From Utricularia gibba (Eukaryota; Plantae; Magnoliophyta), in the NCBI GenBank assembly GCA_002189035.1, contig NEEC01000010.1:930001-994000 (forward strand): a DNA stretch of 64,000 nucleotides, read 5' to 3'. Shown in pieces: positions 12,280 to 25,840 of the stretch (the stretch's first letter is position 1; each line of letters starts with the position of its first letter). A program made the translations under genes and the position numbers. The notes under the pieces are model-generated. The model saw only the letters and a list, made by a program, of their open reading frames with translations. It was not told the origin of the DNA and searched no databases.

Positions 12280-14270
12280 AATATACCTTGCATTTTTGAA
12301 AATGATAGAGAATTTTCTTTTGGGGAAGACCTTCACTTTTCACAAGAGCTTGAATGTGGTCCGTTACCTGAACATGAAGATTTTTCTAGTCCTCAAGAAG
12401 TGGGTTCTTCTACCTCATCGAGTCTCCTTGTCGTAAAAGATTAAAAAATACTAGTGATGATTCTTTGGATGTTGGAGAGCATTTTGTTGTTTCTAATCCT
12501 GAAAAAATTTCTTGTAAGCATTTTGGTAAAGAGTATACTTTCAAAAAGGGTTGGGGACCGGTACATATAAGAGGCATGTTAGGGAGAAGCATAATGATAA
12601 ATTACCTCAGTTTCATCAAACTAGATTATGTTTAGAGGGTGATAATAGTGTGGGATTATATAATTTTGTTTGTACTTATAAACTTTTTCAAGTAAGTGTG
12701 GTGCGTTATTTGATACTTAATGAACTTTTTTTTTCATTAGTTGAAAAACCTTCTTTTAATGATATGTTGAAACAAGCTCAACCGGGATACAAAAATTTTA
12801 CTAGGAAAACCGCGCATCATATGGCATTTGAGGTTTTAAAAACATGTGTGACTCTTTAATTTCTATTTTTAAATCTCTACAATGTAATTTTTTTTGACTT
12901 GTGATGGTTGGAAAGATTGTATCAATGAGAGTTATATTGTTATTACATGTTCTTGGGTAGATCTTGGTGTATGCAAAAACGAATTTTAGCTTTTCAAGAA
13001 TGGCCATCACCACATAATGGTTTTTATATTGCTAAAATCATTGAAAAGATCACAGCATTTTATGGAATATCTGATAGGATTTTTTCTATTTCTTTGGATA
13101 ATGCGTCTGCAAATATAAATGCTATTGACATTTTCAAAAGTAGCATGAATCCTATGTTGAAGAGCATTTTTTTCCACACTAAGTGCACTTGTCATATCTT
13201 AAATTTGTGTATTCAAAATGGGTTGAAAGAATGTGAAATTTTTTTAACTCCTATTCGTGATTTAGTTAGTATGGTTAGAACTACACCTAATAAAAGAGAT
13301 GATTTTAAGAGGATTTATCAAGAAAGAAATATCTCTTATAAAAAATTTAAGAGATATTTTGTGAAAATGTTCTTATTGAATTTTGTGAATCTTTTACGAG
13401 TCAATTTCTTGACTCATTTTATTTTTGAAACAATAAGAGGTTTAGTAAATTTATTAGAAATATTTTATTCTTGTACTAAGATTTTGAGTGGTATTTATTA
13501 TCCAACTTCTCAACTTGCGCTTTCATGTATTTGTAAAATTTCGTTTGCTTTTTATGATTATCAAACTGATTGTGATTTTTTGGGAGATGTAGTGCGAAAT
13601 ATGAAAAATAAGTTTTTGAAATATTTTGATAAAATCCCACATTTGTTTCTTATTGCACCTATTTTGAATCCTCGGGTTAAGTCTAGAGGTGTGAAAACAT
13701 TACTTGAATACATTTCAGAGTCATTTAGTGTAGATGATGTTGATTTTTCCATTAAAAATTGTGAAAAAAATAGATGTTTTACATGCCATGTATTCCTTTT
13801 ATGCTTCTAAATATAGTGATCTTAGTGTTCATATTCCTAAAACATGTAATAATTCGATGTTTGGCAGTGACAATCCGATGGACATTATTCGTAGAAAACA
13901 TAGCTCATTTGTGTCATCCTCTTCATCGTCTTCATTAAATTATGTTGATCAAATTACACTTTACAATAATACTCCTATTGTTGAGGAAGTTGATGATGAC
14001 AACTTTGATAAATTGGGTTGGTGGAAGAAAAATTCTACTACTTGCCCTATCTTGGCTAGAATGGCCAAAGATCTTCTAATACTTTCAGCATCTACAATGG
14101 CATCTGAAAGTGTGTTTAGAGTAGGGGGACGAGTTCTTAATCACAAGCGGTCCAAGTTGAACGTAGAGACCCTGGAGGCATGCATTTGTCTAAAGAATTG
14201 GCTAGAGGCATTGAAAAGAAATCAATTATTATACTCAAGTTCAAGTGAAGATGAAGTTAAAGACTCCTAA
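12280..14270 (+). pseudogene. hAT transposase (BED finger, RNase H-like core, C-terminal dimerisation domain), frameshifted
   Basis: SCKH.GKEY...GTGTYKRHVREKH (BED); SISLDNASAN; KCTCHILNLCIQ; SGIYYPTS; WWKKNSTTCPILARMAKDLLILSASTMASESVFRVGGR. These are split over several ORFs. Confidence 0.92.
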
Positions 14271-15345
14271 TTTGAAAACATTATGTGCTCCATGAAGTAC
14301 TATTACAAGTAATAGTACGTTGTATTCATGCCTTTCATTAAAATTATAAGATCCAGTCACTTACCGAAACCTTTGGATACATCCTTACCAGGCACCCAGA
14401 TGAGCAAATGTGGGTGCCTGGAATATGGTTGCACACATAAGGATAAAATGTAATATTTTTATTAAAATAAATAATGTACTCGATCCTTATTGTTCCTAAA
14501 GATAGAGTGTATTTTTTTATTATACAATGATGCATTCCATCCTTAGAAAATATAAGGAAAGAGTGCAATATTTTTATTAAAATAAATAATCCACTCGATC
14601 CTTATCATTTCTAAAGATAGAGTGTATTTTTTATTATATAATAATGCATTCGATCCTTAGAAAACACAAGGATAAAGTGCAATATTTTTATTAAAATAAA
14701 TAATGCACTCGATCCTTATCTAAAGATAGAGTGCTTGGAATATGATTGCACACTCGCAGACACCCTTCTGAGGCACTCACATGAGGGAAGTGGTGTCTGG
14801 AAAAAACTATCTCAAACACCCCTTCCCAAACACTCATAGGAGCAAATATGGGTGCCTGGAAATGGTCTCACCCACTCTTCCTAGATGCCCACATTAGTGA
14901 CTCTGAGTGCCTTAAAATTGGAGTAATTAAACAGCACTTCCAAAAGAATTACACAGTGGGTTCACATCGATTCAACCGAGCGATACTTCTCACCTGAAAA
15001 CAACAAAAGTAATTACCGACAACCTACAAACCTAGAGACACATTGCACGTAATCATTACCTCATGATTTGGGTAAATAAACCAACTCTCCACGCACCCAT
15101 ACACACGTTACACATCACCACCCCAATCCCCACTTTACCCACTCCCCATGTTGTCAATTAAGACAACCCTAATCCCCACCCATCCGGTAAGAAAATTTTT
15201 TTACCTACTTGGAGTGTTGTTTAAATTAAACAAGGTAAGTGATTTATTTTCCACCATGGGTTGCTGATCTGTGTTCCAAATTTGAAATATCTTGTCCAAT
15301 TATTGTAGTTTGATTTTTTATACAATACCTATGGGTGTTTTATAG

Positions 15346-17605
15346 ATGTACATTTCTGAAAAATTGAGAACTAGATTCTTGATACTGGTGAATATGAGAT
15401 TTGGGACAAAGAACCGGATGAGTTGATTGAGAGTGAAATTCCAAACCGTGTTTGTCCACTGGGATTTGCCTTAAGCACGGAGCATTTTCGTTGTGGTTGC
15501 GCTTACCATTATTGCCCTTTTTAGAAGAAATATTAAAATGTTTAGAGATTACTTTATCTCATTTGACTCCAAGATCTATCTCATATGTGTTGGCTTTTGT
15601 GAGTATTTGTGAGGAGTTATCTCTTGAGGTGGAACTTCGTTATTTTTTTGCTGTGAGTATATACTCTAGGATTCTAAACAAGAACCACTACACCCAAAAG
15701 GGAAAAAAAGGGTTGGTGCTAGTGAAGGATGTGAGAAGAGAATTTGAGAAATGGTGGACAAGTTTTGTTTTGATATGTCCTCCAATGGAAACTAAATTTC
15801 CTCAAATTCATCCTAATTCGAGTGAAGTAGGTAAGACAAAAGGTAAATCTTTCATTGTATTGTTAGAAAAAATATGAATAAAAATATTTCATATTTTTAT
15901 TTCATATTTGTATTGAATGTTTTTATTAAATGTATTATGATTGAGAATTTTTTTTAATCTACTTTGATTAAATCTATTGTTATTGAATAGTTTTCTTAAA
16001 TGTTTTTAGTGAAGTTAATCTTATTAAATCTAGTTTTTATTGAATATTTTTCGGAATCTACTTTTATTCAATCTAATCTAATTAAATTTGTTTGTTGATT
16101 TTTGTAATCTCTTATTATTCAATATTTTTGAAAGAGATTTTTTTTGAATGTATTTTTATTCAATCTATTCGTATTGAATACTTTTTTTATCTATTTTTAT
16201 TCAATCTATTATTATTGAATATTTTTATTGAATATTTTTAATTTATTCTTATTGAGTATATATTTATAGAGTTTAGTGTTATCGAATATTTTTATTCACT
16301 ACCCTTTTCGAATATGTGTATTCAATTTATTGATGTCGAGTTTAAACTTATCGAAATTACACATATTTAATATTTTTATTGAATATTTTTGTTGAATCTA
16401 TTGTTAATAAATCTACTTTTTTTGTATAATTTGATACATTGCACAAGAGGATGTACAAGATCTTATCCTCCTCTCGTCAAGTATGCAAAGAAGTTTTATT
16501 GACATTTTACCACCATTTGTGGATGCACTGGGGACAAAAAGAATAAAGACTTGTTTAGGAATGAGAGGACACATGAGAGTAATGATGTTGAAGAGGATGA
16601 GCTCACACATGGTCTCAATGATGTGGATGAAATGTTTGAATTTATAACAAAAGAGAATGAAGAGCTTCACTACAAGTTGGATTGGTATGAGAGCCGTTGG
16701 GCATATACTAGACCCTCTTTGAGTTCCTCTGAGCCTCAACGAAAGCTAATAATCTTGGATGTCAATGATGTGCTCCTAGACATTGTGTATAGGACTGGAC
16801 CGTCAAGGTCACGAATCCCTCCAGATAAAATTATATATGGCCGATCAGGTACTAAGACAACACTTATTTTTGTGTGTTATATGCATTCAAGATTTGTGAG
16901 ATATCATAGGTAAGTTTTGGTGTAATTTATGCAGTCTTTCTACGTCCATATGCCCGTAACTTTATTAAGTGGTGTTTGGATAATTTTGATGTAGCCTTAT
17001 GGTCTTTCTGTGGCGGGTACATGTGTTGCATTTTTTTTTTGTTGGTATTTAGAATGATGCCAATTCTTGCAATTGATTTGTTTTGTAGGGAGCAGCTACA
17101 AGCAATCACTAAATGGGTCTTTTCACCTTCATTATTTGATAAACTCATTTTTGTGTGGGATCAAACGATGACTATGGACACAGGTGCACGTGTTCACAAC
17201 AATCCTAGCAACACGGTCTACATGAAAGAGTTGAGTCGTGTATGGGCTTTCAACAATGGATTAAACACAAAATATGACCTTCACAATACCTTATCGATTG
17301 ATGATTCGCCCCACAAGTAAATGAAAAATCCGGTAAGTCATTTTTGCTATTCTACTCTAGCATACACTTAGTTATACATCAAAACTAACTCTTAATTTTT
17401 CAAGAAAATAATTGCAAGTCTCTATTCGCATACTAATAGGGATGATGCATCACTAAATGTTGATGGTGAGATGCGAACTTTCCTTGAAGGGTTACAGTAT
17501 GCTCATGATGTTCCAAGTTATGTTAATGAGAACCGAATAGGACAGGCTCCCATACATGAGGGACATGCCTTATGGGAGTATTATGCATGCCTACAAGATT
17601 GCTAG
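15346..17605 (+). pseudogene. Copy A of the spliced chimeric gene: Transposase_28-like module + acidic/coiled-coil linker + NIF/FCP1-like HAD phosphatase domain
   Basis: Inferred exons 15346-15842, ~16448-16848, 16935-17016, 17089-17332 and ~17405-17605 with GT-AG. Peptides LRLPLLPFLEEIL..TPRSI, KWWTSFVLICPP, KLIILDVNDVL, VFLRPYARNFIKWCLDNFDVALWS, LIFVWDQ, IDDSPHK*MKNP and GEMRTFLEGL. Frameshifts plus a TAA at 17318. Confidence 0.85.
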
Positions 17606-17927
17606 AGTGAGCCTCTAATATTAATTCTTTTGAACACCTATGTTGTAGTTGGAATATTTTTGTTGATGACTTTTTTTTTCTAATCGATAATTATGTTTTT
17701 GTTAGTGTTAAATTCATTAAATTCCCATATGCATCGTGTGAAATATGCTCTAGTGAATAGTGATCCTTTAAATCCATTTTGGAGGCACGTATAATGATTT
17801 CTAACGGTGCCTCTAATGCCTCGGCAACGTGTACCTCAGATTAGGGTTGTTGTTAGAGGTCATCCAGTCACTCTGATTCATTATCGAGGGTACCTGAGAT
17901 CTTCTCTGGAGATTGGACACCCTTAAT

Positions 17928-18240
17928 TAGACCTGGGCACGGGTCGTGACTCATCGGGTAATGAATCAGACTCGTCGAGTCTCTTTTCTATTACGGGTTC
18001 ACAAGTCGACGAGTATACGAGTTTTGAACCCCAACTCGTATCATACCCGAGTTGACTCATTACCCATCGATTCGTCGAGTTGACTCGAGTATAAACTCAT
18101 CAACTCGTATTTTTTTCTTATTTTTTTTAAATATTTTTCTATTTTTAAATTAATTATTTTTTGTGTGATTATGTTTTTATTTATATATATATTACTTGTT
18201 GTATGAATAAATACACAATCGTGTAACAGACTGTAACTCA
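17928..18240. mobile_element. Terminus of a second hAT-like element interrupting the first
   Basis: Starts TAGACCTGGGCACGGG followed by dense GACTCG/CGAGT subterminal repeats. Homology to the 55931-59289 element stops exactly here. The partner end was not found. Confidence 0.55.
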
Positions 18241-18780
18241 AGGAAGTATGCTAGAGCAGCGCTTCTTGAGATGTAGATGTTTTAAAGTACCTCAGTCATC
18301 CAACTCTCTAAAGCATGCCTACGTTGAGATGGATTAATATAAGTTAGAACAAAAATGCCACAAAACCAACTAATACTTATTGCCAAAGCAAAATTTCATG
18401 AAACGCATCCTCAATGTAGTGAACTTTTTTTAGATATCCATTTTTCATGCTCACACGATCGTTTGGAGGAGCAGGAGGCAAACTTGTATGGCTAAAGGAT
18501 TCTTGAGCTGCCAATATCAAGTAAACACGCCATAGTCCAAGAGATTTGCACATATTTTTATAGAAATTAAGGCAAGACAAGATATTGAGCAACTTGGGAA
18601 AAAAACTAAGAATGTAATAAGAAGGATATCATAGACAAGGCTGAACAAAACAGCCGGGCAGCAAGCTGTAATAGTGTGCATTCTTTGTGATCAAGACAAG
18701 ATTCAATGAGATAACTGAGTTGACAGATGCAGTAGAGATCACTGACCTCAGATGAAAGCTGTAAGAAATGACTTAATCTT

Positions 18781-21300
18781 TGATGGTGAATCTGCAAGTG
18801 AACAGAAACCGTCGAAGTAATAAAATAAGATCGTATCCACAGGGAATTGTTATTGGAATTTTCTTTTCAAACAAAGACTGAAAAAAGAACGAAAACAAAA
18901 GAAAGATTTGGTTTTAAAAACAATAAGAAAATTGGCCTTGGATCCAGGATTCACCTTGCTTAAAACTCGCCCAAACTTGTGTGTGTAAACCTTGAAAACT
19001 GATCTGCTGGCGTAAGCTCTGGAGGTGTTACTCTAAAGTAGTGCTACTCGGTGACCGTTATAGCACCGTCCCTTGTTTTGTGGGATTATAGAATCAACCA
19101 CTTCACCAGGGCCATTTCACCTCTTGTGATAACCCGTGTTTTCCCCACACCCAAATCTAACCCCTACACCTCACACCTCGCAGACAGATCAGATAGAATG
19201 TGCCTTACCAACGATGTCCGATTGAGCCCTTATCCTTAGGTGATTGAGGCCAACCTTTGATTCTCTCATACTCCCTTCGGGTTATGTGATACTAAAGAGC
19301 ATGTTGATAAAGAAAATGTTGCAAAAAACAGAATCAAACCTCAAATTAAATGTTGAAAAACATAGTAAAATAGTCTCACGCGCACGAGTTGTGCAAGCAA
19401 AGCTTCACCGCAGATCCTCAGCCGCAAACGCCTACAAGCGTAGACTTGACTCTAACATGAAAATAGACACGAAAATAGGAAAGATACAAAGGAAAAGTGG
19501 TCAAAGACGTTTTTAATGGTTGAGGGGGTGGGGTATTTATAGGAGAGTAGATCCAAGTCTTCGTATTGAGCTTATTCGATGGGCTTGGATAAGATCTTCT
19601 ATCCAAATCTTTTATCGAAATCTTTGAGATCATCTTCATATCTTTATCTTATTTATGAATCTTGAACCAAATCTTCATCATTTGACCGAGTCTTGGCTGA
19701 GATTCGTGGCTCATCAAATCCATAGATTGCAAGCCACCTTTGGAGAATCATTTCTCAATAACATCAAATCAAGTGTTTCCTACCCATAAAAGATACAATT
19801 GAACAAACCAGAAAATCCAAGGAAAAAAGAACGTTTTTTTTGGCGAAAATACCCAACTACGAGGACGGGGGCTACAATCCCTTCTGAGAGGCATAGGTGT
19901 TTTCCCTCCTCCTTTACCGTCCTAGGTCTGATAATGCGCCTGCGGGCCCTTCTCAGAGAGGTTCCACACCTCGATTTGGTCCCAATCTTGCTGCTGTGCG
20001 TTCCCGTGCAGGACTTGATCAGATCCATCGCTACGCCTTCGATATGCCCCTGCACGATTAGCAGCAGATCTGCCTATACCTGTTCCTTCATTTATCAGCA
20101 AGGCTGATCCAGTTGCCCTTTTTGGCTGGTGTCTTGGCATCCGTGCTCATTCACTATCTGGTTCGGACATCACCAGATAGTCCTCCTCATGTCCAGAATG
20201 CCTTCTAGACATGGTTTCCCTGCGTTGCGCTTGTGCTCGACGGCTTTCCAACCTAATTCTCCGACAGGTCCGGTCAATTTCCAAGTCCAACGGGTGTAGC
20301 TTGGTTGAAGCCCTGTGCCTGCGCATCCAACACTGATTAAAAGCAACTGCTTGCACATGTGCACTAAACAGAATGTCTCGAAAATAACAGAAAAATAAGA
20401 AATGATCAGAAAAGAAATCAGAAAAGAATTTCCAAAGGAATACAATTCCCCGGCAACGGCGCCAAAAACTTAATGGTAATTCTGCAAGTGCACAGAAACC
20501 GTCAAAGTAATAAAATAAGATCGTATCCACAAGGAATTGTTATTGGAATTTTCTTTTCAAAATAAAGACTTAAAAAAATTGAAAAAAAAAGAAAGATTTG
20601 GTTTTTTGAAAACAATAAGAAAAGTAGCTTTGGATCTAAGATCCACCTTACTTGAAACTCGCCCTTGCATGTGTGCAAACCTTGAAGACTGACCTGCTTG
20701 CGCAAGCTTTAGGGGTGTTATGCTAAAATAGTGCTACTCAGTGACCGTTGTAACACCGTCCCTTGTTTTGTGGGATTATGGAATCAACCACGCCACCAAA
20801 TACATTTCACCTCTTGTGATAACCCATATTTTCCCCACACCCAAATCTAACCCCTATACCTTACACCTCGTAGACAGATTAGACAGAATATGTCTTACTA
20901 CTGATATCCGATTGAGCCCTTCTCCTTAGGTGCTTGAGGCCAACTTTTGATTCTCTCACACTCCCTCAGGGTTATATGGTACTAAAGATCACATTGGTAA
21001 AGAAAACGTTGCGTAAAACAGAATCAGACCTCAAATTAAATGCTGAAAAACAGTCACACGCGCAGAACTTGCGCAAGCAAGGCGTGACAGAAGATCCTCA
21101 GTCGCAAGCGTTCACATGCGCATGCTTGACTCTAAACAACAAAAGTTGATGAAAAACGAAGGGAAAGGAATCCAAAACATGCTAGACTCGACTCTAAACC
21201 CTAGATTGACTCTCTGGTCGTCCACCCTTCGACTCTTTAGGTCTTTGCGTTTAGATCTTTTTATAATGGTGGAGACTTGTCGCACTTTTTTGATGGGCTC
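18781..21300 (-). mobile_element. Athila-derived deleted/non-autonomous element (LTR-PBS-gag start-short internal region-LTR)
   Basis: LTR 18781-19766 has TGATG...CATCA ends, and a related diverged LTR starts at 20471. tRNA-Asp-type PBS at 20447-20464. Athila-type gag start MRRHRASTKLHPLDLEIDRTCRRIR. The right boundary is uncertain and no TSD was confirmed. Confidence 0.72.
20447..20464 (-). promoter_or_regulatory. PBS complementary to tRNA-Asp (Athila type)
   Basis: The minus strand reads TGGCGCCGTTGCCGGGGA next to an LTR end. Confidence 0.9.
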
Positions 21301-22379
21301 ACATCAAATCATCTATCCGGCTCTTCTAAGATTTGATACATATCTTCTAGGTTAAGATACAAGTTTACTAAGATAAGATGCGAATCTTATCTTATCCGAG
21401 AATCTTTGACCGAAAAATCATCCGAATAGACCAAATCTTAGCTTCCATCGAAATAGCTCGAAATCCTCCAAATTATTCTGAAAAATCATGAAACACACTT
21501 TCCCCCAAACAGATCAAAGTGGTATGAAAGATATAAAATTCTTCTAAAAACATAAGGAAAGTGGGATAAAAAGAATGCAAAGCCCATCTAAATGAGTTTC
21601 AAAAACCACAAATATTAATCCACAAATTCTTCTACAATCCACGGTTACCCCTTATAGGATTAGCTACATGTCACTTCTGATGTGGTAAAATGGTAAATCA
21701 CCGATCTACTCAACATTATTAATATTTTTCATACCAATTGTATTTGAAAAAAAAAAAATTATTCAAAGTATTGTATTCATTTTACATCAAGGAAAATATA
21801 AATCAAATAAAAAATAGTCATATCATATCTAAGATTTAACGAGATTTTTGTATAAATGTTTAGTACAAATAGTCATATCATATCTATTATTTTATGAAAA
21901 TCATACAAACGTTTTTTCACACATTTTTTTCATACAAAAGTTTCTAAAAAAAATATATTGTGAACAATATACATTAAAAAAATTTAAAATTTAAATATTT
22001 ATATAGAAGTTTTAATCTAATCAACACGTCAAACTCATATAATACAATTATAAGTATTCCTCTTTTTTTATGCCATGATAAATGATAATTTTCTATAAAT
22101 TACTTACACTTTGTACTACAAAGTAAATCAAATTGCGAAATGATTGTTTCAAAACTTTTAGAGGTTTCTATTTTACAAACTTCAGTTTTACAAACTAAAT
22201 GTATAAGAAGGTTTTTGGCTCCAAAATACACTTTATTTCTAAGTTTATGTTATTTTTGTAGTAGAAAAGACTAGTTTTTTTATTCAAGATATATCCTAAA
22301 TTGTTTGTTCCAACTATGAAACTTCTTCCTCAACCTGTGAGTATTTTCTACACCTTGCAAAATTTGGATCGTAGACCCA

Positions 22380-22740
22380 TTGTTGGGTCTCAAATTCAAA
22401 GATCGAATGCATTTTTTTATGCATAGCGTATGTGCATAGCACACGGTTATGGGTTACCCATAACCGACGTCCGTGTGCATTTGATCCTTATGTGTTTTCA
22501 GGATCGAATGCACTGTTTTTTCAGCACACGGACGTGGGTTTAGGGTTTAGGGTTTAGGATCCTAAACCCACGTCTGTGTGCTTTCGATCCTTATGTGTTT
22601 TAAGGATCGAATGCACTGATTTTTCAGCACACAGAGTGTGCGCCGCACACGGGCGTGGGTTACCCATAACCGATGTCCGTGTGCATTCGATCCTTATGTG
22701 TTTTAAGAATCCAATGCATTCAAAATGTCTGAAATTTTTT
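22380..22740. repeat. Three ~100-bp GATCGAATGCA units with internal palindromes and a short (TTTAGGG)n tract
   Basis: Repeated gatcgaatgca...gatccttatgtgtttt frames; gggtttagggtttagggtttagg at ~22536-22558, followed by its complement cctaaaccc. Confidence 0.75.
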
Positions 22741-23139
22741 CAGACAAATTTTATTTTTTCAGAATAAAAGTACACAAATTTTCTCGAATAGTTTGTTATC
22801 AAAATTATCAAAATGTCTGAAATTTTTTGTATCACTACACAAATATATGTAGTTTATTATTTTTTTTATTTTATGAGAATATTTTATGAGTTATATAAGT
22901 TGTCATCTTTCCATCCTCTTCATTAAAATCGTCTGCGTCCGTGTGCCATGTTTGGTAAACATTTGTGTTAGAATCATTGTCTTTTCACAAACGTTTGTTT
23001 CAAAATTAAATTTATGAAAACATTTGTATCAAATCAATTAAATATCAGGAAAGGTTTGTTTTGAATGTGATTTTACAAACATGTGTGTTTAAATGTGCGA
23101 AATAACCCTACTTTTGTATCAAAACTAAACCTAGCCCAA

Positions 23140-24250
23140 CAAGAAAGTGCCATTTCTTTACTCTAAACTAGGCCAGCCATAAAAGGCATTGCAGGGCTCC
23201 CTTTGATGCCGGCATTTTCTCGTTTCTTTACTTTTTGAATTAAAGTCTGCAAATCTTCATTTATAGCAAAACATTTAACGTCTTCATAGTCGAACCACGC
23301 CGGACTCATCTAGGAAATCAATAGCAATGTTACTAAGATTGTAATAGTCTTATTAGCATTGTTGATTTTCAAATATGTACTTACCCACCCGATGTCTGAC
23401 TTAGGTGTAATGGCATGTGGCGCTTTGATCATAAATAGAAGTATGCTGCATTCACTCAACCCTGGCTGACGTGGTACCTGGAAATCGATCAATAGTTTAG
23501 GAGCATATTATTCATACTGATTGTATTGCATTACGTACCTCCACAAGAATAAGGGGAATGTTCCTAACAATTTCCCCTTCGGAGGAAGAATTCTCGACCC
23601 TAGACTGGTACATATGCCATATGAACCTGGATACGTACATAAGCGACTCAAAACTAAATATGCATATTCTTGTAAAGACTCAAAGAGAATCTTACATTCG
23701 TAATTCTTCAGCTTTTGTGTCCATCATGTTAGTGGAGCCCATGGAGTCTAAGTACAAGACACGTCGTTTTGCTGGTTCAATGGTAGCAAAGTTGCATAGA
23801 ATTAACATCCAAAAATGACCCCTAAAATGAAAAAGACAAATTGGTTGCCCTTTCCTTTCTCCAGAACCAACATACCCGACCTTCACACTACCGCTTCATG
23901 ACTCCCGCATTCAAACCTACTGCAAACGCACTCCCGCATTCTTTTCTACCGCATTTCGGCCGGTCATAGCTTTTTTTTTGTCATTAGGTTGGTCCAAAGA
24001 ACGAGAGTCGGCTTCCCTAAGTCTGTTGTTCCTCAGTAGCTCAGTGGTAGGCCAAAAAAAAAAAAGGTTTTGAATAAGAGCAAGCCAACCTTGAAACTGT
24101 TGGCACGATAAAGCAGGTGGCAAAGGTTTTCCTTCCCATGAATAGTGGTCCGAGATTCTTGGCTCGATGCTACTCAGTTGTGTCATAGTATTGAGAGCTT
24201 GTAAACTCATACATTTCCTGAATTGCGAGGGGAAATGATTCGACTATCTT
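23140..24250 (-). pseudogene. Ulp1-like (C48 SUMO protease) gene remnant associated with a Mutator element
   Basis: HFWMLIL...RRVLYLDSMG (catalytic His region) and QVPRQPGLSEC (Gln/Cys region) in separate exon-like blocks with stops. Confidence 0.7.
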
Positions 24251-24659
24251 CCTGCATCACATCACTCATGAGTAATAATCCAAATGTTCAACCATAACTT
24301 TGAAAATGATCATATACTTACGCCAATGCATAATCGAACATCAGATCATCGAGCATTCCATATACACGTAAATGCAGAGGGCGCTTAATTTTTTCTTGCT
24401 TACTTGAGCCTTGAGGCCGCATTTTCTACTTTGGATGTGTGGGAGTGGTTGATATTGTACTTTTTAGTTTGCTTCCATCTCCTGTTACAATTTGAACAAC
24501 AACCTTTGTGCGAGCCTTAACAGACAATTTGGGTCCTTCTTCACCCTCAACATTAGTTCACTGCCTCTTGTTCGACTGCACACATAACAAATAAAGTGCA
24601 GCAGCAACATAGTAGAATATAATTTGAGTTTATGACAGTGATAATAACCTTTCGATCAT

Positions 24660-25840
24660 TGATTGCACTGGAATCATGTTCTTGAAAATCAGACATGCCT
24701 TTGGTTTTGATTGGCGATGTCGATGTTCTTGGTGTGGCAGTCAGAATGCTTGCATCGCTTATACCACCAGTGACCTGTTTCCAATCGAAGAATCCCGTAT
24801 TTCTCTACAACGATATCAAATTATAATGAAGGTAGCATAGAAAAAAAAAGTGTTGTCTTTAGTGATTTACCTCTGACTCAGGTGCATTTCCATCTTCATG
24901 GGTTGGTCCATCCTGCTGATTATTCTCAAGAGGTGGTGATTCAGGGGTTTTTGCGATTTAGACTTTTGTTTACCATAACAGCGTTCACGCCTCTTCACTG
25001 GACATCGCCATGCTTTGTGTCCCGGTGCATTGCAAATAAAACAAACCTATAATTGACAAATCATTTTATGAAACCACAACTGTAAACTACTGTTATCATT
25101 GATTTATTGACGTACCTTAATGGAATCGTTATCTGGATCATCTTCGTTATAGTTGAATTCGAATTTCGTCTTCTCCTCACACCTTCTAGTGTTGTGACCA
25201 ACTTGGCCTCACCAAGAGCATCCTTGTGAAATAAAATTCCCATGTCTGAAACGCTTGCTGTCTTTAGTGACTGCACATTTCTCATTGTTTGTACATAACA
25301 AACACAAACACATGTTACCTCCCCATCATTTGCTGCATTTTTCCATGCCATATGCTCCTTACGATTACCACATACAAACTTGAGATATTGTGCATTATTT
25401 TTGGACACATAAAACTCGAATCCCTCTTCAATGCAAAAGTTGGTTAACACAATCTTAGCCTCTTCCTTTCATGTAAATTGAATACGCAACCTGAAATCAT
25501 TAATACAATAAAGATAAGGGCATCATGTATAATACGGTTTCAGATTCATACGAATAGAAGAGTTGTACATTAAATCTTCTTCTGTTAAATGTCTATCAGG
25601 CCGAAATGTGGGGTAATTCGGATCAGAGAATGAACTTATTTCATCAGCATCTCCCATATACGGAATAATTTGTAGTTCACGTACATTCCAATCTTCCTCC
25701 TTGACAAGTTGCCACTCTTCAAAAGCAAGTTTCGAATCTATATCATGCTTGCTCCAGTCAATGCCATCATCGGTATTTCCAAAGTCATCATTTTCATCAA
25801 TGGGAATATCACTGATATCCTCATCTATTTGAAACATTGT
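24660..25840 (-). pseudogene. Mutator (MuDR/MURA-like) transposase remnant: N-terminal DNA-binding domain, CCHC knuckle and a possible GRF-type tail; catalytic core absent
   Basis: KEEAKIVLTNFCIEEGFEFYVSKNNAQYLKFVC (MuDR DBD-like), CFICNAPGHKAWRCP and GFFDW, with an acidic upstream exon. Confidence 0.65.

Larger units (their letters stand above)
10741..17927 (+). mobile_element. hAT DNA transposon (right end lost) carrying a transposase pseudogene and a cargo gene
   Basis: Starts TAGAGGTGGATTCGGTTC with GAACCG subterminal repeats (10741-10910). It is colinear in reverse with the TIR/TSD-bounded element at 55931-59289, apart from two internal blocks (~11770-14290 and ~15480-17570). Confidence 0.75.

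Noticed and set aside
15346-17605. Calling the HAD domain an active CTD phosphatase (CPL/FCP1 ortholog)
   Set aside because: Motif I reads DVNG/DVND rather than DxDx(T/V), and all copies here carry lesions, so activity cannot be supported from sequence.
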